NCBI GenBank assembly: GCA_964399535.1
Contig: CAYNRE010000076.1
Coordinates: 22,937 to 86,936, forward strand
DNA from: an uncultured Pirellulales bacterium
GTDB lineage: Bacteria; Planctomycetota; Planctomycetia; Pirellulales; CAYNRE01
Direction: 5' to 3'
Length of the DNA: 64,000 bases
Numbering within the stretch: the first letter of the stretch is position 1; the number at the start of each line of letters is the position of its first letter. Both the position numbers and the translations under genes were made by a program. The notes beneath the pieces are model-generated. The model was not told where the DNA came from and did no database searches. It was given only the letters and a program-made list of their open reading frames with translations. Positions 56,994 through 64,000 of the stretch are shown here, one piece after another.

Positions 56994-58589
56994 ATGCGAA
57001 CCGTATTGTTTGGATTGGACGGGGCCACGTTCACCGTGCTCGACGACCTGGTCGCCCGGGGCGTCATGCCCAACCTGGCCAAGGTCTATGCCCAGGGGGC
57101 TCGGGCCAAGCTGGCCTCGACCGCCCTGCCGCTGACGCCCCAAGCCTGGACCAGCATGGCCACCGGCCGCACCGGGGGCCATCACGGCATCAGCGACTGG
57201 GTGCGCTTTCGCTGGGGCCCCGAGGGCAACTACGGCCACATTAACAACGCCCGCGACATCCATGCCGAAACCATCTGGCAATATGCCTCGCGCTCGGGCC
57301 GCCGAGTAACCGTACTGAATTACTTCGGCCTGGCGCCCCCCTCGCCGCTGGCCGGGCACTCCATGCCGGGGTTCACCTCGGGGCGCCATCTGCGCCGATC
57401 GAGCTGGCCCAGCGACCTGTTTGCCCGCCTGGAGCAGGTGCCCGATTTCGACGTGAAAACCCTGGGGCTCGACCTGGAGATCGAGCGCCAGGTGCTGCAG
57501 GAAATGCCGGCCGACCAGTGGCGCCCCTGGCTCGAACATCACATCGCTCGCGATCGCATCTGGTTCGGGGTGCTGGAACACCTGATGCGGACCGAGCCGA
57601 GCGACCTGTCGGCCATCGTTTTCGATGGGGTCGACAAGCTGCAGCACCTGGCCTGGCGGCTCTTGGATCCGGCCCTGGCGACCGACCAGGCCAGCGACTG
57701 GGACCACCAGGTTCGGGACCTGTGTCACGACTACTTCCGGCAAATCGACCGTTTCCTGGGCCGCGTGCTGGAGTTGTTGGGGCCCTGGGGCCGGGTCTTC
57801 GTCGTCTCCGATCATGGCTTCACCGCCTCGACGGAAATCTTCTACGTCAACAAATGGCTGGCCGACCGCGGCTACCTGGTCTGGAAGGGCCAGCAGCAGC
57901 TCGACCAGGACGAGGCCTGCGCCACGGCCAAGCCCGAGAACGACGCCAACGCCATCGACCTGGAGCAAAGCCGGGCGTTTGCCTTCACTCCCAGCGCTAA
58001 TGGAATCTTTCTGCAGGTTCCGGGCGACCAATACGAGGCGATCTGCGGCCAGATTACCCGGGAGCTACTGGCCCTGCGTGGTCCCGATGGCGGCCAGGTG
58101 GTTACGGCGGTCAAACGGCGCGACCAGGTCTTCGCCGGGCCCTACATGGAAAACTTCCCCGACCTGACGCTGGAGCTGCGCGACCACGGGTTTGTTTCGG
58201 TGTTGAACTCGGCCGTGGTGCTCAGGCCCCGCCGAGTGCCGATGGGCACCCACCATCCGCAGGGTGTAATTCTGGGCGCGGGGCCCGGCATTCGCGCCGG
58301 TGCCCAGGTCGACCTGCTCAGCATCCTGGACGTGGCCCCGCTGTTGGCCCACAGCTTGGGATTGGAGATTCCGGCCGACTACGAAGGCGAATTCCCCGCT
58401 TCGCTGTACGACCCCAGCTACCTGGCAAGCGATCCGCCCCGGCGCGCCGCCGAGCAGGTGCCGGCGGATCGACAGGCCCCCGCGGATCGGCAGGCCCCGG
58501 GCACGGCGGGCGAGGAGGCCAGCGAATTGGACGGCGAGGAGGAAACCGCCATTTACGAGCGGCTGCGGAGCCTGGGGTACATCGAGTGA
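56994..58589 (+). CDS. Alkaline-phosphatase superfamily protein (type I phosphodiesterase/NPP-like), 531 aa
   Basis: GLDGA, PLTPQAWTSMATG (Thr nucleophile position), DGVDKLQH, SDHG, GTHHP; C-terminus RLRSLGYIE. Confidence 0.88.
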   Translation: MRTVLFGLDGATFTVLDDLVARGVMPNLAKVYAQGARAKLASTALPLTPQAWTSMATGRTGGHHGISDWVRFRWGPEGNYGHINNARDIHAETIWQYASRSGRRVTVLNYFGLAPPSPLAGHSMPGFTSGRHLRRSSWPSDLFARLEQVPDFDVKTLGLDLEIERQVLQEMPADQWRPWLEHHIARDRIWFGVLEHLMRTEPSDLSAIVFDGVDKLQHLAWRLLDPALATDQASDWDHQVRDLCHDYFRQIDRFLGRVLELLGPWGRVFVVSDHGFTASTEIFYVNKWLADRGYLVWKGQQQLDQDEACATAKPENDANAIDLEQSRAFAFTPSANGIFLQVPGDQYEAICGQITRELLALRGPDGGQVVTAVKRRDQVFAGPYMENFPDLTLELRDHGFVSVLNSAVVLRPRRVPMGTHHPQGVILGAGPGIRAGAQVDLLSILDVAPLLAHSLGLEIPADYEGEFPASLYDPSYLASDPPRRAAEQVPADRQAPADRQAPGTAGEEASELDGEEETAIYERLRSLGYIE

Positions 58590-61237
58590 GCAGCGCCCCC
58601 CTCAGCGCGCCCGCCCGCGACGCCCGGCCGGCCCGGGCACTGTCGATGGGGCACTTTCGGCGCGTGGCGGCCGGCGGCTTCGGCGACGGGCGCAATAGCT
58701 ACGCATACGGCTACGCCTGGTACGACGGCCACGTTTACATCGGCACCAACCGCGACTTGCTGGTGATGGCCAAGACGCGGTTTCGCTACACGGTCCCCTC
58801 GGTGATCTGGCCGGTCGAGGTACCTACCGACTTCAACACGGCCGACCGTGGCGGCCAGATTTGGCGCTACAATCCCCAGACCGATGTTTGGCAGTGCGTT
58901 TACCGCTCGCCGATTGTCGCGGGGCTCGAAGGGCGCACCGTGCCGTTGGCCGCCGGGTTTCGCAATCTGTGCGTGTTTCAGGGGCGCAGCGACCCGCGCC
59001 CGGCGCTGTACACCATTCCCAGTTGCGGCTCCTTCGGCAAGGGGCCGGTCATGCTCCGCTCGATCGACGGCGTTCACTTCGAGCCGATTACCGAGCAGGG
59101 AATGGGGCTGGGCGACCCGAACGTCACCGCCTTTCGTTCGCTGCTGGTCTTCCAAGACCGGCTGTTTACCACGCCGGCGGGCTCGCGCGGCGGCGACCCC
59201 AACGTTTCCTACTTCGCCTCGATCCTGTGCACCGAGGACCCGCTCTCGGGCCGCTGGGAGCGAACCAACGTAGGTTCCTTTGGCGACCCCACCAACTACG
59301 GCATTTACGACATGTGCGTCGCCGGCGATTGGCTCTACGCCGGCACGATGAACATTCGCGAAGGCTGTCAGCTCTGGAAAACCCGGGCCGAGGGCAAGCC
59401 ACCGTTCCACTGGGTCAAGGTGTTCGATCGCGGCGCCGATCGCGGCATCTTGAACCAGGGCGTGGTTTGCCTCTGCGCTTATGGCGACGCCGTGTACTTG
59501 GGCACCGGCATTCAAAACGGCGGCTTCGACCGGGTGAACAACGTGGGGCCCGACGCCGCGGAAGTGATTCGCGTATTTCCCGACGACACTTGGGAGTTGG
59601 TGGCCGGCACGCCGCGCATGACGCGCCAAGGGCTGAAGGTGCCCGTCAGCGGGCTCACCGCCGGCTTTGGCAACCCGTTCGCCGGCTACGTTTGGCGAAT
59701 GTGTGCCCACGAGGGGGCGATTTACGTCGGCACCTACGATGGCTCGTCGATGCTTCGCTATGCCGAGCTCGATGCCCGGGCCCAACGCATTTTCGATCCG
59801 GCCACGATGGAACACTTCATGCGGTTTCGAGGCGGCTGCGAGCTCTGGCGCTCGGCCGACGGCAATCACTGGTCGCCGGTAACTCGCAACGGCTTCGGCA
59901 ACCCGAACAACTGGGGCATTCGCACGCTGCTCTCCACGCCGGCCGGGCTGTTCGTGGGAACGGCGAACCCCTTTGGGCCACGGTCTGCGCTGCGCGGCAT
60001 CGGCGGCTGGCGATACGAAGACAATCCGCAAGGCGGGATCGAAGTTTGGCACGGGGCCTGGCAACATGCCGGCCCGCGCGATCGCCCCCCGAGCCTCGAG
60101 GCCGAGCGGGAACCGGTGTGGGTGCCCGACGCCACCAGCCCGCCGGGCGAGCAGGTGCTGGCGCTGCCGGAGCTGGGCGGGGCGCTGCGCGAGCCGGCGG
60201 GGGTCGAGCAAAGCATCGACCGCAGTGCCTGGCTCGACACGCTCTGGGACGAGGCGGGGCGGTTGATCGATGCGGGCCCCCTAGGCGAACGGGCGCGCCC
60301 CAGCCGGGGAAGCGAAAACCAACCCCGGCACACTGTCCGCGACCGAGAACAGCTAGCGCACGAACATTTTTCCGCGCATCCCAATGGTCAACTCAGCCGG
60401 TCAAGCCCCGGCACCTCGAGTCCCCTCACGGGGGTGGAAGATGCGCTCTCGGAATATTATCTTGGCACTGAGCTGCGCAACACCGGGTATTGGCGGGAGG
60501 AAACCCAGTCGGCGGCCAGGGCGGCACGATTGCTCGTCGAGGAACTGCTGGCCCTGGTGCCGGCAGACACCGGGGCGGAGCCAGGTGCCGAATCCGCGCC
60601 GCGGCACGGGTCGCCCGAGCGAGTGCTGGTGATTGGCCGAGGAGGCGCGGAGCTCAGTGGCCTGGTCGCCGCGCGCTGGCCAGGCTGCACGGTTACCACC
60701 TGGGGTCCGGGAATGCTCGCGGATCCTACGCCTGAGAGCCCAACCACCTGGCCGCTCGCTTCGCAATCGGTCGATCGGGTGGTCTGGATCGAGGGGCCCT
60801 GGTGCAGCGGCGCGGGGGAAGCGGGAATCCGCGAGGCGCTGCGGATCCTGCGGCCGGGCGGATTGCTGGTGGCCTCGGACCTGGTCGGTGCGCCGCGTGA
60901 AGCGGGCCGGCCCGCGCCGGCGGCGTTTCGCCAGGAGCTAGGCAGCCAGTATTACCCGGCGGTACTGGCGCGATATCGCCAGGAGTTGCTCGGCGCTGGA
61001 TTTGAAGAAGCGGAAACGCACGATCTGACTTATTACGGGTGGCTGCGGTTCTGCCGGCACAACCGGCAGTACTTCATTACCCGGTTGTTGTTTCACCACT
61101 TGGACCAAGAGTTGCTTACCGCCGTGCTCGGGTCGCTGCCGGGGGGCAACCTGCTGGTAGCCGCCCACGTGGCATGCCTGGCCCGCAAGTCGCCTCGCGC
61201 GTGCGAAACGGCCCTGGCAGCGCAGTCTGCCGACTAA
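58586..61237 (+). CDS. Two-domain protein: beta-propeller-like N-terminal domain plus C-terminal SAM-methyltransferase-like domain (883 aa)
   Basis: GTGA overlap with the upstream gene. Repeated GFG(D/N)xxN/LYxGT/xWRS blades; C-terminal NTGYW, RVLVIGRGG, EALRILRPGGLLVASD. Confidence 0.65.
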   Translation: MSSAPLSAPARDARPARALSMGHFRRVAAGGFGDGRNSYAYGYAWYDGHVYIGTNRDLLVMAKTRFRYTVPSVIWPVEVPTDFNTADRGGQIWRYNPQTDVWQCVYRSPIVAGLEGRTVPLAAGFRNLCVFQGRSDPRPALYTIPSCGSFGKGPVMLRSIDGVHFEPITEQGMGLGDPNVTAFRSLLVFQDRLFTTPAGSRGGDPNVSYFASILCTEDPLSGRWERTNVGSFGDPTNYGIYDMCVAGDWLYAGTMNIREGCQLWKTRAEGKPPFHWVKVFDRGADRGILNQGVVCLCAYGDAVYLGTGIQNGGFDRVNNVGPDAAEVIRVFPDDTWELVAGTPRMTRQGLKVPVSGLTAGFGNPFAGYVWRMCAHEGAIYVGTYDGSSMLRYAELDARAQRIFDPATMEHFMRFRGGCELWRSADGNHWSPVTRNGFGNPNNWGIRTLLSTPAGLFVGTANPFGPRSALRGIGGWRYEDNPQGGIEVWHGAWQHAGPRDRPPSLEAEREPVWVPDATSPPGEQVLALPELGGALREPAGVEQSIDRSAWLDTLWDEAGRLIDAGPLGERARPSRGSENQPRHTVRDREQLAHEHFSAHPNGQLSRSSPGTSSPLTGVEDALSEYYLGTELRNTGYWREETQSAARAARLLVEELLALVPADTGAEPGAESAPRHGSPERVLVIGRGGAELSGLVAARWPGCTVTTWGPGMLADPTPESPTTWPLASQSVDRVVWIEGPWCSGAGEAGIREALRILRPGGLLVASDLVGAPREAGRPAPAAFRQELGSQYYPAVLARYRQELLGAGFEEAETHDLTYYGWLRFCRHNRQYFITRLLFHHLDQELLTAVLGSLPGGNLLVAAHVACLARKSPRACETALAAQSAD

Positions 61238-61262
61238 CCCCGACGGTTTCGAGGATTGCCCG

Positions 61263-61562
61263 ATGCCCGACACCACACCCGACCGCGACACGATCGTCAA
61301 AGAGCTTGTCGCCGTGCTTTCCGACATGACCGCCGATTGGGACACCGCCAGCGAAGGCCCGATTGGCCCGCAGACTCGCTTGATCGCTGACCTGGGCTTT
61401 GAGTCGATCGACGTGGTGCACCTGGTCGTGGCCATCGAAGAGCGCTTTCAGCGGCGGGATTTTCCTTTCCAAGAACTGCTCATGGAAAATGGGCAGTACG
61501 TCGACGAGCTGACCGTGGCCCAAGTGGTCGATTTCATCGCCCGCAGTTTGAGTGCTTCCTGA
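61263..61562 (+). CDS. Stand-alone acyl carrier protein (99 aa)
   Basis: LIADLGFESIDVVHLVVAIEERF (Ser at 61404), acidic composition, LTVAQVVDFI. Confidence 0.9.
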   Translation: MPDTTPDRDTIVKELVAVLSDMTADWDTASEGPIGPQTRLIADLGFESIDVVHLVVAIEERFQRRDFPFQELLMENGQYVDELTVAQVVDFIARSLSAS

Positions 61563-61651
61563 TCGGTGACGCGAGAGTTCCGCCGGCCCGACCCGCGCGA
61601 GCGCTTCGCGCTGGGCGGAGATGACCAACACGCTCGGAGACGACTGGTCTG

Positions 61652-63247
61652 ATGCATCCCACCGTGCTGATTGGTTTGGACGGGGCCACGTTCACCGTCT
61701 TCGACGCCCTGATCGCCGAGGGACACCTGCCGCACCTGGGTGCCCTGATGGCCCGGGGAGTGCGCGCCGAGCTGCTCTCGACTCCCCACCCGCTCACGCC
61801 GCCGGCCTGGACCACGCTGATGACCGGGCGGAGCCCCGGCGAGCACGGGATTTACGATTTTCTGCGGGCCGAAATCCGTGACGACGGAGCCTTCTTCACG
61901 CTGAACAACTTTCGCGACGTGCGTTGCGAAACCATCTGGAGCATTGTCAGCCGCCAGGGGGGGCGAATCACCTCGCTCAATTTCCCGCTCATGGCTCCCC
62001 CGCCGCCGGTCAACGGCTGCCTGGTGCCGGGGCTGTTGTCGTGGCGCCACCTGCGGCGCAATGTGCTGCCGGCCGAGCTGTACGACGAGCTGAAGTCGCT
62101 TCCCCAGTTCAAGCCGCAGGAGTTGTCTTGGGATTTTGAGCGCGAACGCAAGGGCACCCAGGTGCTGCCCGACGACGAGCTGGAAGATTGGGTCCGCTTC
62201 CACATTCGCCGCGAGCAGCAGTGGTACGAGATTACGCGCCACGTGATGCAGCGTCACCCGGCCGATCTGACCGCGATGATGTACGACGGAACCGACAAGC
62301 TGCAGCACAGTTGTTGGCGGTTTCTCGATCCCCGCTACCTGGCCTCCCAGCCCGACGCCTTCCAGCGGCTGCTCCGCGAACTTTCGGTGCAGTACTTCCG
62401 CGAGCTCGACGAGTTCGTGGGCGAAATCGTCGCCCTGGCCGGCCCCCAAGCCCGGGTGTTCATTGCCTCGGACCATGGGTTCGGCCCCAACGAGATCGTG
62501 CTGCGCATTAACAAATGGCTGGAATCGCGGGGTTACTTGCGGTGGCAGGCCAAAACCGCGGGTCCCGCCCCCAAAACCGGCAACGCGCACTACGTGCTCT
62601 TGGACTGGGAACACACCCAGGCCTATGCCCAGAGCGGCGCCACCAACGGGATTCACATCCGGGTCCGCGAAGAGGGGCATCGCGGCGGCATTGCCCGGGC
62701 CGACTACGGCGCTTTCTGCCGGCAATTGGCCGACGAGCTGCTGGCCCTCCGCGATCCGCGAACCGGGCAGGCCGTGGTGACCGCCGTGTTGCGCCGCGAA
62801 GAGATTTACCCCGGCCAGGCCTTCGACAAGGCCCCCGACCTGACGCTGGTGCTGGCCGACCACGGTTTCTTCAGCGTGCTCGATGCCGAGCCGATCGTCG
62901 ATACTCGCCCGGTCGTGGCCGGCACCCATTATCCGGAGGGGGTGTTGATCGCGGCGGGCCCGGGAATTCGCCAGGGGGAGCGGCTTCCGCAGCAGCGCAT
63001 TCTGGACGTGGCGGCTACGTTGCTCTACAGCCTGGGGCTGCCGATTCCCTCGGATTTCGAAAGCCAGGTTATGGACGGCCTGTTCGAGCCCGGTTTTCGC
63101 TCGGCTCATCCGGCCAAGATCGGCCCCCCCACGCAGCGCCCCGCGCAGTTCGCCGCCACGGCGTGCGAAGCCGAAACGGCCGAAGAATCGCAAGACTCGG
63201 AAGAAAAGATTCTCAACCGGCTGCGAGCGCTGGGTTATGTGGAGTAG
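61652..63247 (+). CDS. Second alkaline-phosphatase/NPP-superfamily protein, 531 aa, paralogue of 56994-58589
   Basis: GLDGA, PLTPPAWTTLMTG, DGTDKLQH, SDHG, GTHYP; C-terminus RLRALGYVE. Confidence 0.88.
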   Translation: MHPTVLIGLDGATFTVFDALIAEGHLPHLGALMARGVRAELLSTPHPLTPPAWTTLMTGRSPGEHGIYDFLRAEIRDDGAFFTLNNFRDVRCETIWSIVSRQGGRITSLNFPLMAPPPPVNGCLVPGLLSWRHLRRNVLPAELYDELKSLPQFKPQELSWDFERERKGTQVLPDDELEDWVRFHIRREQQWYEITRHVMQRHPADLTAMMYDGTDKLQHSCWRFLDPRYLASQPDAFQRLLRELSVQYFRELDEFVGEIVALAGPQARVFIASDHGFGPNEIVLRINKWLESRGYLRWQAKTAGPAPKTGNAHYVLLDWEHTQAYAQSGATNGIHIRVREEGHRGGIARADYGAFCRQLADELLALRDPRTGQAVVTAVLRREEIYPGQAFDKAPDLTLVLADHGFFSVLDAEPIVDTRPVVAGTHYPEGVLIAAGPGIRQGERLPQQRILDVAATLLYSLGLPIPSDFESQVMDGLFEPGFRSAHPAKIGPPTQRPAQFAATACEAETAEESQDSEEKILNRLRALGYVE

Positions 63248-63291
63248 CCCGTGCCTGCCCGACATCGCGCGCAATCAGGAGGGCGCCGCGG

Positions 63292-64000
63292 ATGCCCAAC
63301 CGGTTTGGCCCCCGGCTGTTGAGCCCGGTGCGTACGGTCCTCGGCGGTCTGCTCCTGGCGGGCTGGGCCCTGGTCGGGGGATGGGCCTCGGCGGCGCAAC
63401 CCCCCAAGGCGCCGCCGGCACCACCGGCATTGGCCCAGCCAACCAACGTGTCTAGCGTGGCCGGCGACTTCGTCCATACCCTCCGCACCACCGACGGCCG
63501 TACGCGCCGCTACCTGGTGCACACGCCGCCAAGCTACGACGGCCGCCGCCCCCTGCCCGTGGTGCTCGCCTTTCATGGCGGCGGCGGGCGCGCCGAAACC
63601 ATGGTTCGTCAAAGCCGTCTCAACCCGGTGGCCGACAAATACGGCTTCGTTGTGGTCTATCCCGACGGCACCGGCCGGCTACGGCTGCTCACCTTCAATG
63701 CAGGCACCTGTTGCGGTTACGCCGTGGCGAAAAAGGTCGACGACGTCGCTTTCGTCAGCCAGTTGCTCGACGCATTGCCGGGACGCTACGCGATCGACCC
63801 GCGCCGGGTTTACGCCACGGGGATGAGCAACGGAGCGATGTTTTGCTATCGACTGGCGGCTGAGCTTTCCGAGCGGATCGCGGCCATTGCCCCGGTTGCC
63901 GGCGATATGGGGGTCGATGGCCCGCAACCCCGCCGCAGCGTGCCGGTGATGCACTTTCACGGGTTGGCCGATCGCAATGTGCTTTACGAAGGAGGGCTCG
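63292..64000 (+). CDS. 3'-partial secreted PHB-depolymerase/LpqC-like esterase (absent from the ORF track because it has no stop in the window)
   Basis: ATG 63292 with AGGAGG SD; signal peptide ending WASAA; RRYLVHTP, LPVVLAFHGGGG, GFVVVYPDG, VDDVAF, TGMSNGA (63817-63837), MHFHGLAD. The frame is open to the window end. Confidence 0.88.
   Translation, partial: MPNRFGPRLLSPVRTVLGGLLLAGWALVGGWASAAQPPKAPPAPPALAQPTNVSSVAGDFVHTLRTTDGRTRRYLVHTPPSYDGRRPLPVVLAFHGGGGRAETMVRQSRLNPVADKYGFVVVYPDGTGRLRLLTFNAGTCCGYAVAKKVDDVAFVSQLLDALPGRYAIDPRRVYATGMSNGAMFCYRLAAELSERIAAIAPVAGDMGVDGPQPRRSVPVMHFHGLADRNVLYEGGL

Larger units (their letters stand above)
40002..64000. other. Biosynthetic gene cluster: Pfa/Hgl-like iterative type I PKS with tailoring genes (continues beyond window)
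   Basis: Divergent SDR pair plus a tightly coupled + strand operon (GTGA overlaps at 51111 and 58586; other gaps of 25-117 nt) carrying KS/AT/ACP/KR/DH/ER/PPTase, a free ACP, two NPP-like enzymes, a methyltransferase-like fusion and an esterase. Confidence 0.85.

Overview
This is a high-GC window that looks like a Planctomycetota (Pirellulales-like) genome, inferred from LExLExRxLLA planctomycete export motifs, giant TPR proteins, ASPIC/UnbV proteins and a sulfatase. It falls into three blocks. (1) 1-9767: two tandem FG-GAP/ASPIC-UnbV + thioredoxin-like (WCQPC) + TPR paralogues, facing a seven-heme cytochrome c and a membrane/spermidine-synthase-like fusion. The two + strand ORFs 2002-3978 and 4000-5973 are in the same frame and separated only by a TGA at 3976-3978. 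That TGA is followed by an 11-nt spacer and a 17-nt hairpin with a CAGGUC apex, which is the geometry of the E. coli fdhF SECIS. They are probably one 1323-aa selenoprotein. (2) 10086-39226: a cell-surface block with two ~1440-aa TPR proteins, two divergent PEP-CTERM-type proteins (SGNH hydrolase; Gly-rich), an epimerase, an S9 peptidase, a sulfatase and two large adhesin-like exported proteins. (3) 40002 to beyond the window end: a Pfa/Hgl-like iterative type I PKS cluster containing two SDRs, ER-KS-AT-ACP-ACP-KR-DH, KS-AT-ACP-DH-PPTase, two alkaline-phosphatase/NPP-superfamily paralogues, a propeller-methyltransferase-like fusion, a free ACP and a secreted esterase. I saw no tRNA, rRNA, CRISPR array or transposase. 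All family calls come from visible motifs; no database searches were run.
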